Origin: Nitrospiraceae bacterium
GTDB lineage: Bacteria; Nitrospirota; Nitrospiria; Nitrospirales; Nitrospiraceae
Length of the DNA: 64,000 nucleotides
NCBI GenBank assembly: GCA_050246315.1
Contig: JBFWWG010000003.1
Coordinates: 256,001-320,000 of the forward strand
Direction: 5' to 3'
Positions 52,728 through 62,081 of this stretch are shown here, piece after piece. The position numbers and the translations under genes were made by a program. The stretch's first letter is position 1. Every line of letters starts with the position of its first letter. The notes beneath the pieces were generated by a model, which was not told the origin of the DNA, ran no database searches, and was given only the letters and a program-made list of their open reading frames with translations.

Positions 52728-54212
52728 ATGCCGCGAGTTCTAGTTGCCGATGACAGCATTGCGGTACGAAAGGTGGCGGAACGCCTGCTGAAGGAAGCGG
52801 GGCTGAATGTCACGCTGGCCGCCAACGCCGAAGAGGCGATTACACTGCTAGAACACGACCCGCCGGACATTGTGGTCTCTGATGTCATCATGCCGGACAA
52901 GAGTGGCTATGAAGTCTGCGGGTATGTCCGTTCGCACGCAAAGTTTTCAGCCATCCCCGTCCTGCTGATTTCCGGCATTGTCAATGACGATGTCACAAAA
53001 CAGGCGGAATCCTGTCGCGCGGACGGCGTGCTGAAGAAACCGTTTCAAGGAACCTCGCTGCAGGACCGCGTCTCCGCTCTCCTGCGGAAGCGACAGCCGG
53101 TCGAACCCTCACCGGCTCAGGCTCCGACGCTCGCCCCACCTGCTGCGCTTAAGCTCGCTGATTCGGCACGAGTCGCTCCTCCGGCATCGGCCCAGCAGGC
53201 AGCGGACCATGAACTGGATTCGTATCGCCTAGCGGCTAGCCGCCTGAAGGAAATCGAACACGACCTTGCCGAGGAACGCGAGCGTTCCGCCAAATTGCTT
53301 CACGAATTGGAGGAGGCCAACCGTCGACAGACGCACGCCGATTCTCTGGAAGATCAGTTGCGGACCGAGCGGGAGCACGTCGCACAACTGACGCAACGCG
53401 CCTCTGATCTGGAATTGGAAGCGAAGCGAGGACAGGAAGCCGAGGTGGCGCTATCGGCCGAACGGGAGCGACACGCCCACCTGACCACCGCATTGTCGGA
53501 GGCGCAAACTGCGGCTCAATCCGAAGCGCAGCACGCGCGGGAGATCACACAGACACTGGAAGCACAGCGGGCCCGCGTGGCGGAGTTGGTCCAGGAGTTA
53601 GCCGGAGCCCAAGAGACCGCAGAAAAAGTCCAGGAACTTCAAGCGACGTTGGTGGCGGAACGAGCGGCACAAACGGAGCTGGTCAAGCAAATGACCGATC
53701 TCGAACAGAAAGCCGTGCGGTTGGTTGAAGCGGAGTCCGATTTGCAGGAAGCTCATGCCGAACGTGAGGTTCTGCTCCAGCTGCGCGCGGCGATCGAAGC
53801 CGATCTCGGTACGCGGACGAACGAAGCGACAGCGCTCGGAGACCAACTGTGCGCGGCGCACGCCGCCCTGGGTGACGCGCGTCAACATATCGAGCAGATG
53901 AATGCAGATCTCGCTCACGCAAGACCCTTGGCCGCGCGGGTGCCTGAATTAGAGCAGGCGGTTGCAGCCGCCCGGGAACGCGCGGAGCAATTGGCAGAGG
54001 AACTCGCCGAACTCAAGCCCAAGGCGGATCGCATTCCCGATCTCGAGCACACGCTCGCATCGGAGCGGGAACGCATCGAGACCCTCACCCGGCGGCTGGG
54101 CGAAGCGGAGCATGCCGCTGAGCAATCCAACAAACGCCTGGAAGACATGGCTCGGAAGCTTGGAGAAATCGCCGGGCTCGCGTCAAAACTGGGGAGCCAC
54201 TCCGGTCGGTAA
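52728..54212 (+). CDS. receiver domain plus long coiled-coil protein (FrzS/AglZ-like architecture)
   Basis: ADD, SDVIMP, KPF, then more than 300 aa of E/A/L/Q-rich heptads. Confidence 0.85.
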   Translation: MPRVLVADDSIAVRKVAERLLKEAGLNVTLAANAEEAITLLEHDPPDIVVSDVIMPDKSGYEVCGYVRSHAKFSAIPVLLISGIVNDDVTKQAESCRADGVLKKPFQGTSLQDRVSALLRKRQPVEPSPAQAPTLAPPAALKLADSARVAPPASAQQAADHELDSYRLAASRLKEIEHDLAEERERSAKLLHELEEANRRQTHADSLEDQLRTEREHVAQLTQRASDLELEAKRGQEAEVALSAERERHAHLTTALSEAQTAAQSEAQHAREITQTLEAQRARVAELVQELAGAQETAEKVQELQATLVAERAAQTELVKQMTDLEQKAVRLVEAESDLQEAHAEREVLLQLRAAIEADLGTRTNEATALGDQLCAAHAALGDARQHIEQMNADLAHARPLAARVPELEQAVAAARERAEQLAEELAELKPKADRIPDLEHTLASERERIETLTRRLGEAEHAAEQSNKRLEDMARKLGEIAGLASKLGSHSGR

Positions 54213-54261
54213 CAAGACAATCCCAACGCCCGACGACCCTTTAGTCTCTCTTCACAAAACC

Positions 54262-55200
54262 ATGACAGAACCGGCGGCCGCAGGCGATGAGTTTCAGCGT
54301 GAACTACTTGAACTCTTCGCCGCCGAGGCCTACGAGTGGCTTGCTCAGATTCAGAAGGCGCTCGTCCGCTTCCACACTTCTCTGGATCCCTCGGGGAGGT
54401 TCGACGCACTGGGCGTCATCGCCCGCGGCATCACCAGTCTAGGCGGGTCTGCGGCAACAATCGATCTGCCGGCCATCCAGGAACAAGTGTTTGGTCTCCT
54501 CCCCGTGCTGGAGCACCTCCGCGGCGTGGACTCGGTGGCCGCCGTCGACGCGCTTGCCAACCTCCGCGTCGCACTCGGAAACATCACCACGCTGGTCGCG
54601 TCCAGCACCGGCATCCCCGCAACCGTCACCTTCGAGGCCCACAAACCAGGCCTTCGTCATGCCAAGGAACTGTTGCACGCACTCCACGTACTGCGCCGGA
54701 CACAGATGCGCACCACGCCGGTCGCCCGATCCGTCACCGACAGCGTGATCCGGCGCGTCCAGCAAGATCTGGAGGGAGGAGTCTCCCAAGTGGACATGCC
54801 GACGATTCTCGCACAGATGGACGAGGTCTGTCGGGATCACGACGAGTTCGTGAGCCGAGTGCAGGCCACCCTTCCAGCCCTGAGCACGGCGATCACGGCC
54901 CTAGAATCCATATCACGCGGGCCAACCGGGAGCCGTTTTTCTGATCAGACTCGAGAATGGCTTCAAGCAGTAGATCAGCTTGTCGATCAAGCACGGCAGC
55001 GCGAGGCCGTGCTGCTGTTGCAATTCTTTCAGGGGTTGTCCTCCTTCATGAAGATTGTGACCGAGCGCCGGCTGACGATATCCGCTCAGCGGTTCGGAGC
55101 GGTGGAAATTCGACTGGGCGAAATGGCGTCGGTCGCCCAGAGCTGGCTCGAAGCCGAGCGGGCGGAACGAGCGGCAATCGTTCAACTGCTGGCGGCCTAG
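54262..55200 (+). CDS. pseudo-Hpt domain protein
   Basis: ELLELFAAEAYEWL...ARGITSLGGSA (Hpt-like sequence, His absent). Confidence 0.7.
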   Translation: MTEPAAAGDEFQRELLELFAAEAYEWLAQIQKALVRFHTSLDPSGRFDALGVIARGITSLGGSAATIDLPAIQEQVFGLLPVLEHLRGVDSVAAVDALANLRVALGNITTLVASSTGIPATVTFEAHKPGLRHAKELLHALHVLRRTQMRTTPVARSVTDSVIRRVQQDLEGGVSQVDMPTILAQMDEVCRDHDEFVSRVQATLPALSTAITALESISRGPTGSRFSDQTREWLQAVDQLVDQARQREAVLLLQFFQGLSSFMKIVTERRLTISAQRFGAVEIRLGEMASVAQSWLEAERAERAAIVQLLAA

Positions 55201-55307
55201 GCCCCCGGACGTTCGATGCCAGGACCCCCACAATCTCCCGTCCTACCGGGCCGCCTGGTGCCGCACGGGCAAGACCAGCGGCAATCGTCAGGCATTGAGG
55301 CAACCCG

Positions 55308-56102
55308 ATGGTCTATGATGAATTCTGGGGCTTACAGGCTCGACCGTTCGACAATGTTCCCGATCCACGCTTTTACTTTCCGTCGGCGAAGCACGAGACC
55401 ATCCGCCAGCGAATGCACTACGGAATCGAGGCTCGAAAGGGAGCACTCTTGCTGACGGGAGCGATCGGTTCCGGCAAGACGTTGCTCAGCCGGGCGCTCG
55501 TGCTTGCCCTCCATCGATCCCGTTATGACATCGCGCTCGTGACCAATCCGGCGCTGTCTCTGGTGGAGTTTCTAGCCGAAATTGTGTATCAGTTTGGCCT
55601 GAATCCGGAGGGGAGTAAGCTGGAGCTGATGCACCGCCTGCACGACCGGTGCCTCCAGAATCATCACCAAGGTTTGGCCACAGTGTTGATCATCGACGAA
55701 GCTCAGAGTATCGGAGAAGACCGGATTTTCGATGAACTGCGGCTCCTGCTGAATTTTCAGTTGAACCATCAGTTTCTCCTGACGCTCTTGCTGATGGGAC
55801 ACCCGGAACTTGCGGACCGGGTGCGCGGCATCCTCCAACTCAACCAACGCATCGCACTGCATTGCCACCTTTTGCCGTTCGACGAGGAGGAGACACGGGC
55901 CTATATCGCCGCCAGACTCCGATCCGCGGGGGCGACCCGCGATATATTCTCGAAGGAGGCCCAGTCCGAGATTCATCGGCATTCCGGCGGTGTGGCTCGT
56001 GTCATCAACTCCATCTGCGACCTCTGTTTGCTGCTCGGGTCGCTGGACGCAGTTGATTGCATCGGACCGCCTCTCGTTGCACAGGCACTGAAAGTATTGT
56101 AA
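55308..56102 (+). CDS. ExeA/GspA-family AAA ATPase
   Basis: YDEFWGL..PF..PDP, GAIGSGKT, IIDEAQ, GHPEL, QRI, GVARVINSICD. Confidence 0.92.
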   Translation: MVYDEFWGLQARPFDNVPDPRFYFPSAKHETIRQRMHYGIEARKGALLLTGAIGSGKTLLSRALVLALHRSRYDIALVTNPALSLVEFLAEIVYQFGLNPEGSKLELMHRLHDRCLQNHHQGLATVLIIDEAQSIGEDRIFDELRLLLNFQLNHQFLLTLLLMGHPELADRVRGILQLNQRIALHCHLLPFDEEETRAYIAARLRSAGATRDIFSKEAQSEIHRHSGGVARVINSICDLCLLLGSLDAVDCIGPPLVAQALKVL

Positions 56103-56112
56103 CGGGAGGACC

Positions 56113-57195
56113 GTGATGGATCAGGCGGCAATGACCGACCCACAGGACGACGCAACAGACTGGTACCAGGCGGCGACGCGGGAACTGTCCCACCTCAGTC
56201 GGACGGTCCAGTCTGAGGACCCGCTCGATCTCACCGAGCTGACGGACATCGCCAAAGGCATGACTGTATCGCTCCAACGCTCGGAGACCCTCGTGGTCCA
56301 GGCCCTGTCGGCCCCGCTGGGAGACAGGCTGATTGCCAATCTCGTGCACGTGGGAATCCTGTCTGCGAAGATCGGCCTGGGGCTTGACTACCGCAATGAC
56401 CGATTGGAGCACCTCACCCTTGCTGGGCTCCTGCACGATATCGGCATCTTCTCGGTGCCGCCGTCGTTGATTCAAAAACCCGGCAAACTGACCCCACCGG
56501 AGCGAGCCGTTCTGGAACAACACCCCGAGGCGGGTTTCAGGGCGATCAAACAACTCGGACCGAACTATGAATGGTTGGCAACGGTGGTGCGCCAAGCGCA
56601 CGAGCGATGGTCGGGCCAGGGGTATCCGCTACGGCTTAAGGGAAGTCAGATCCATCCCTTCGCACAGGTGATCGGATTGGCAGACGTGTTTGAAGCATTG
56701 ATCAGCCCACGGCCATATCGCCGACGCATGCTGCCGCATGAAGCCGTGCGGGAACTGCTGCGGCATGAGCAGGGCGCCTTTTCTCGGACGGTGATCAAGG
56801 CCCTCGTCGAACAACTGTCCGTCTTTCCCTTGGGGACAAAGGTCCGTCTGAGTTCAGGGGATGAAGGCGTGGTCGTGCGTCTCCACCCACGATTTCCAAT
56901 GAGACCCGTCGTTCGAGTGGGCGACGAAGATTCCGGAAGCGAGATCACAGCCGTCATCGACCTCAGCTCCACGCCCGATCTGTGTATCCTGGATGCCGTC
57001 GCTCCGCCGGAATCTCACCATCTGTCACAGACGCCGGACAAATCTGCCCCGATACCACACGCTGAAGGGTCCCAATCGTTTTCCGACCGATTCTCAGCCC
57101 TGTTGGAAGGGCTGGATGAGATTGCCACCACCATCCAAGAGGTGGTGGAATCTCACGGGGAATCCATGGAATCTGGCCCGCCGTCGGTCTCATAG
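56113..57195 (+). CDS. HD-GYP domain protein (partly degenerate)
   Basis: LLHDIG, HERWSGQGYP, ADVFEAL..RPYR. Confidence 0.9.
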   Translation: MMDQAAMTDPQDDATDWYQAATRELSHLSRTVQSEDPLDLTELTDIAKGMTVSLQRSETLVVQALSAPLGDRLIANLVHVGILSAKIGLGLDYRNDRLEHLTLAGLLHDIGIFSVPPSLIQKPGKLTPPERAVLEQHPEAGFRAIKQLGPNYEWLATVVRQAHERWSGQGYPLRLKGSQIHPFAQVIGLADVFEALISPRPYRRRMLPHEAVRELLRHEQGAFSRTVIKALVEQLSVFPLGTKVRLSSGDEGVVVRLHPRFPMRPVVRVGDEDSGSEITAVIDLSSTPDLCILDAVAPPESHHLSQTPDKSAPIPHAEGSQSFSDRFSALLEGLDEIATTIQEVVESHGESMESGPPSVS

Positions 57196-57627
57196 GGATT
57201 GCCCGCTTCCGACGCGACGCCTCACGCCTCACCTCTGCCAATGATCCTGCGGCTGAGTGCCCGTCTCGATTCAGTCACTGCCAGATTGAATCTCATCGAT
57301 CGATGTCCTTGAAATCCTGAAACGCTCAACGCCCAAATCTTGGGCAGTTTGCACGAAGAGGCCGCACCGGCTGATGCTCGGAAGCATCTCCACATGGTTA
57401 CCCACAGGCCTTACACATTTTCTGTGGAAACCGCTTGCATCTGTGGTCGCTTGAGCATCGTTATTCGAGAGGCGGAGGTCTCCTAGCGATCTCCTGGGCG
57501 ACACAAACCAGCCTCCGTGATTCCCAAGCGAGATCTTCGTATAATCGCCCGAGCCCGGCAGCAGCGCACCTCGTGGAAGGGGGCTGACCTTCGGCTCTCA
57601 TCCGATTTCTTCAAGAGTACCTAGACA

Positions 57628-58167
57628 ATGGCCAAACTCATCACACCACGGCGAGAAGAAAACCTGGTGGAACGGGCACAAGAATACATTCGCGTGCACC
57701 TTCTGTTCCCATCGGCTCTGCTCGGCCTCATTCTGCTGATCGCGAGTACCATGGCGCTCGGTTACCAGTACCTCGCCGATATCTATGATGGCGGCACGTT
57801 TATCAACAGTACGGCGCTGTTCCTGCTGGGCGCGCTCGCGGGATGGGGGCAGTCGCGCTATCATCGCTTTCTGCTCAGGGAGACACCGGATTATTTCGCG
57901 GGGCGACTCCGGGCATTCGCGAGTCATGACCGGCGCTTCAAGCGGAAGGAGCCTGTGATAGCGACCGTCGACCATCCGGGGAGAAAATGGGTGCCGCTAT
58001 GGTATGGGCTAGCGACCACCGTCCTCGTGGGGGCTTCGTCCCTTGCCACCGCCAGGGGGCATGTGTATGCCGTTGCCGCCTATCTGCTGCCCTGGTCGGG
58101 ATTTTTTTGTTCGCGGATTTACGCCTGGAAGGAACTCTGGGGACCGGCGAGGGCGGCGCTACGATAA
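57628..58167 (+). CDS. 4-TM hypothetical membrane protein
   Basis: Hydrophobic segments; TATAAT at 57540-57545 upstream. Confidence 0.7.
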   Translation: MAKLITPRREENLVERAQEYIRVHLLFPSALLGLILLIASTMALGYQYLADIYDGGTFINSTALFLLGALAGWGQSRYHRFLLRETPDYFAGRLRAFASHDRRFKRKEPVIATVDHPGRKWVPLWYGLATTVLVGASSLATARGHVYAVAAYLLPWSGFFCSRIYAWKELWGPARAALR

Positions 58168-58185
58168 GGCAAAGCAATTCGACGG

Positions 58186-59262
58186 TCAGCGCGTTTTTTT
58201 GGGGCGCACGCGGCGGCCCGCTCCCGTCTGCTCGAGAGCCTCAACTCGCTTGTGAAGTTGCCGCAACTGCTGACGCAATTCCGGCAGATGGGGAATCAGC
58301 GCCTGCGCCTTGAGGGCCTGCTCATGCGGCATCGCCGGAGCTCCCGACACAATCTGGTCTGAGGCAAGATTCCGGTTCACGCCGGATCGGGCCGCAATCA
58401 ACACCCGATCCTCAATGTGCAGATGGTCGGCTAATCCAGCCTGGCCGCCGATCATGACATGGCTACCCACACGAGTGCTGCCGGCGATCCCGACTTGCGC
58501 CACGACGATCGTATCCTCGCCGATCTCGACGTTGTGCGCGATCTGCACCAGGTTGTCCACCTTGCTGCCGCGGCGGATGCGCGTCACGCCGAACGTCGCC
58601 CGATCGATCGTGACGTTGGCACCGAGTTCGACATCATCTTCCAGAACGACTCCGCCGATTTGTGGAACCTTGTGGTGGCGTCCTTCGTGCTGCACATACC
58701 CGAACCCGTCACTGCCGATCACGGTGCCGCTGTGGATCACCACCCGTCGCCCGATCGTACACCGCTCGCGCACCACGACGTTTGGATAGAGAACGGAGTC
58801 GTCGCCGATCTTGCTCTCATCGCCAATGAACACGCCGGGGTAGAGCGTCACTCTGGCCCCGATCGTCACCCCATCGCCTAACGTCACCGATGGCCAGATC
58901 GAGGCCTCGGCGCCGATGCGAACGCCTGCGCCCTGGACCAAATCTGGTGCGACGCCTCGCGCCTGGTAGGAGGGCACGAACCAATGCTGCACGACGCGGG
59001 CAAAGGCGTAGGCGGGATTCGACACAAGGATCTGCGGCTGCGGAACCTCGGCAAACCGATGGGCCACGATGAACGCCGCCGCGCGACTCTCGCGCGCCTG
59101 AGAGAGGAACCGATCCTGCGCAATATAGCTGAGATCGGCCGGTTCGGCCTCCTGTAGATTCGACACGCCGTGAACCACCACGGCCGGATCGCCTTCGACG
59201 CGACCCTGGACAAATTCGGCAATATCCGTGAGTGAAATAGCAGGAGGGGGCGGAGTCGCCAC
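58186..59262 (-). CDS. lpxD: UDP-3-O-acyl-glucosamine N-acyltransferase
   Basis: Hexapeptide repeats; GSDGFGY, KVDNLVQIAHN. Confidence 0.96.
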   Translation of the reverse strand: MATPPPPAISLTDIAEFVQGRVEGDPAVVVHGVSNLQEAEPADLSYIAQDRFLSQARESRAAAFIVAHRFAEVPQPQILVSNPAYAFARVVQHWFVPSYQARGVAPDLVQGAGVRIGAEASIWPSVTLGDGVTIGARVTLYPGVFIGDESKIGDDSVLYPNVVVRERCTIGRRVVIHSGTVIGSDGFGYVQHEGRHHKVPQIGGVVLEDDVELGANVTIDRATFGVTRIRRGSKVDNLVQIAHNVEIGEDTIVVAQVGIAGSTRVGSHVMIGGQAGLADHLHIEDRVLIAARSGVNRNLASDQIVSGAPAMPHEQALKAQALIPHLPELRQQLRQLHKRVEALEQTGAGRRVRPKKTR

Positions 59263-59268
59263 GACGCC

Positions 59269-59601
59269 TTATCCTCGTTTCTTCTTGGTGGCGACGCGGG
59301 CCGGCCTGGATTTGGGCTTCGGCTTGGATGCAGCGGGGCGGGACGCAACCGACTCCGGTGGGGTGATCCTCCGTTCGACATAGGCGACAACGTCCGCCAC
59401 CGTCGCGAGTCCTTGAAGATCCTGATCGGGAATTTGGAGATCGAACGCTTCTTCCACCCGATAGAGCAACTCGATCGTGGCCATGGAATCCAATCCTAAA
59501 TCGTCGCGAAGATGCGCATCAGACGGAATCCCGCTGGGATCGCGCTTCAGATAGGCTCCCAACGCTTGCAGGATGCGAGTCTGAACGGATGTGTCGATCA
59601 T
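59269..59601 (-). CDS. acyl carrier protein with basic C-terminal tail
   Basis: DLGLDSMATIEL phosphopantetheine site. Confidence 0.9.
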   Translation of the reverse strand: MIDTSVQTRILQALGAYLKRDPSGIPSDAHLRDDLGLDSMATIELLYRVEEAFDLQIPDQDLQGLATVADVVAYVERRITPPESVASRPAASKPKPKSRPARVATKKKRG

Positions 59602-59616
59602 GCGGGGTGCTCTCCG

Positions 59617-60873
59617 TTAGGCAGCGAACTTCTTGAAGACGACTGCGGCATTGTTGCTGCCGAAGCCAAAGGCGTTCATCATCGCCACCCGCACTCGTCG
59701 CCGCTGGACCTGGGTGGAAATGCCGGCCAACGCGCAGGCCGGATCAGGATCGTCATAATTGCGCGTCGGATGCACCATTCCGGTTTCGATCGCGAGGGCA
59801 CAGGCCACGGAGCCAATGGCGCCGGCCGCACCGAGCGTATGGCCGACCAGCGATTTGGTGGCGTTCACCGCCAATCGATCGGCCCTGGACTTGAAGACTT
59901 GCCGAATCGCCTTCACCTCCACGGCGTCGCCCACGGCGGTTGACGTCGCATGGGCGTTGATGTAGTCCACCTGAGCCGGCGTAACTCCGGCATCATCCAA
60001 CGCCAACTTCATGGTGGTTGCGACTTCGACGCCGTCCTCGCGGGGGATGACCATATGATAGGCCTCGCTGGTTGCAGCATAGCCGGCGACTTCCGCATAG
60101 ATCCTGGCCTTCCGCTTTTTCGCATGCGGGAGCGATTCTAGGATGAGGGCCGCCGCGCCTTCACCCATCACAAACCCGTCCCGTTGCCGTTCGAACGGAC
60201 GCGAGGCGGCGTCGGGTCGATCGTTAAAACCGGTCGAGAGCGCCCGAAGCGAACAAAATCCAGCAAAAACCAACGGCGTAATGCTGGCATCGGCTCCGGC
60301 TGTAATCACCACGTCAGCCTGGCCCGTGCGAATCGCATTCAACGCTTGCCCCACCGCGTGCGCGCTCGATGAACAGGCCGTCGAAATCGTGAGGTTCGGC
60401 CCCTTGGCCCCATAGACCATGGCCACGATTCCTGAGGCGGAATTGAGGGTAATGGTGGGAATAAAATTGGGATGCACCCGATTGGGTCGCTGCGACTGGT
60501 ACAACTGGGTGATTTCCCGCTCGCCCATCACCATCCCGCCCATGCCCGCGCCCATGATGACACCGACTCGGTGGGGGCGAACCTGGTCCATGCGCAACCC
60601 GGCATCCGCCAGCGCTTCCTTCGCCGCCACCAGTGCAAACTGAGCATAGCGGTCCACCCGTTCGACCATCGGCCCATCCAAATACTGGATGGGACTGAAG
60701 CCACGGACCTGACCGGCCACCCGACAGCGGTAGAGGTCCATCGGAAACGGATCGAAGGATTCGATCGCCGTCACTCCAGATCGCCCCTCCAGGGCGGCCT
60801 TCCAGAACTCAGCCACCCCGATGCCGATCGGAGAAACCATTCCAAGACCGGTGACGACCACGCGCGATGTCAT
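59617..60873 (-). CDS. fabF: beta-ketoacyl-ACP synthase II
   Basis: RVVVTGLG, TACSS, HATST, GHTLGAAG, FGFG. Confidence 0.92.
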   Translation of the reverse strand: MTSRVVVTGLGMVSPIGIGVAEFWKAALEGRSGVTAIESFDPFPMDLYRCRVAGQVRGFSPIQYLDGPMVERVDRYAQFALVAAKEALADAGLRMDQVRPHRVGVIMGAGMGGMVMGEREITQLYQSQRPNRVHPNFIPTITLNSASGIVAMVYGAKGPNLTISTACSSSAHAVGQALNAIRTGQADVVITAGADASITPLVFAGFCSLRALSTGFNDRPDAASRPFERQRDGFVMGEGAAALILESLPHAKKRKARIYAEVAGYAATSEAYHMVIPREDGVEVATTMKLALDDAGVTPAQVDYINAHATSTAVGDAVEVKAIRQVFKSRADRLAVNATKSLVGHTLGAAGAIGSVACALAIETGMVHPTRNYDDPDPACALAGISTQVQRRRVRVAMMNAFGFGSNNAAVVFKKFAA

Positions 60874-60984
60874 GGGTTCATCATTATACCGAATACCGAC
60901 ATGAAATCGTTTGCTTGTACCTGAAGGGTGGGAAGCAGTCAACGCTTTTGACAGAGCCGGGCCCTGAGACATTGACTCTCGAAC

Positions 60985-62076
60985 CTAATACCGGACTCGA
61001 AGCAACAGATAGAGTGCCAGACTCAGGAACACGATGTTCGCCATCCAGGCGGCCAGCACAGGGAGCAGGACGCCGCTTCGCCCCAGGGCGATTGAGACCG
61101 AATGGGTCATCCAGTAAAAAAAGCCGACGACCATGGCCTGACCGATTCCCATCGCAAGCCCCGTGCCCCTCGTACCCATTTTGCGAAGGCTGAGGGCAAT
61201 GCCGACCAGAACCATGATCACACTCACGAACGGAAAGGCCATTCGCCCGTGGTAATCCGTGAGGACTCGGGAAAAATTGTAGCCATCGAGGCTCAGCCGA
61301 TCGATATAGGCCTTCAACTCCCGCAAGGTCAGCGATTCCGACTCGGCAGCCAACCAGGAGTCGAAATCCTTCGGTGCTTGGGAGAGCGGCAGGGGCTTCT
61401 CCGTGAACGGCTCGATCGTCACATTGCCGTTGGGGAGAAACCGACGATCAATACCGTCCTGAAGCATCCACCCTTGGGGCGTATGAACGGCCCGTGTGGC
61501 TTCCGTCAGGAGGGTGAGACGAAACTCCGTTCCCAGCTGGTAGACCCGCACCCCCTGCAACACCCGGCCGCCTGGTTCCACCAGCTCCACATTCAGCAGG
61601 GCGGGCCCGCGAATCTGAAGCCAGGGCCTTGCGGCCTTGACGGCCAGGTTCTGAGTTTTCTTTTCGATAGAGGTATTCCTGACATATTCCGCCCGGGCGG
61701 TGGCCGTGGGAATGATGACCGAGGTCATGCCGAGCAGCAGGAGCGAAATCACTGCGCCGATCACCAGGAACGGGGCGGCCAGTCGGCCCAAGCTGACGCC
61801 GCAACTTCGCATGGCCGTGATCTCATGGTTGCGGGACAAGAGCCCCAGCGACAGCAATGTCGCCATGAGAATCGCCAACGGCGCGATCTGGAAGGTGATG
61901 CCAGGAGTTCTGAGAATGAAAAATGTAAGAATATCTGACATCTGGGCATCAAACTTCAAAAATCTCCTCAACTTTTCAAAAAAATCGATGACAAGGTAGA
62001 TCGTCATCAATCCCGAGAAGCACATCAAGAATAGTTTCGCGAATTCGAGCCCGATGTAGCGGAAGAGAATCGTCAT
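60985..62076 (-). CDS. lptG: LPS export ABC permease LptG
   Basis: ILFRYI, LSRNHEITAMRSCGVS, LAAWMAN. Confidence 0.9.
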   Translation of the reverse strand: MTILFRYIGLEFAKLFLMCFSGLMTIYLVIDFFEKLRRFLKFDAQMSDILTFFILRTPGITFQIAPLAILMATLLSLGLLSRNHEITAMRSCGVSLGRLAAPFLVIGAVISLLLLGMTSVIIPTATARAEYVRNTSIEKKTQNLAVKAARPWLQIRGPALLNVELVEPGGRVLQGVRVYQLGTEFRLTLLTEATRAVHTPQGWMLQDGIDRRFLPNGNVTIEPFTEKPLPLSQAPKDFDSWLAAESESLTLRELKAYIDRLSLDGYNFSRVLTDYHGRMAFPFVSVIMVLVGIALSLRKMGTRGTGLAMGIGQAMVVGFFYWMTHSVSIALGRSGVLLPVLAAWMANIVFLSLALYLLLRVRY

Positions 62077-62081
62077 GCTGG

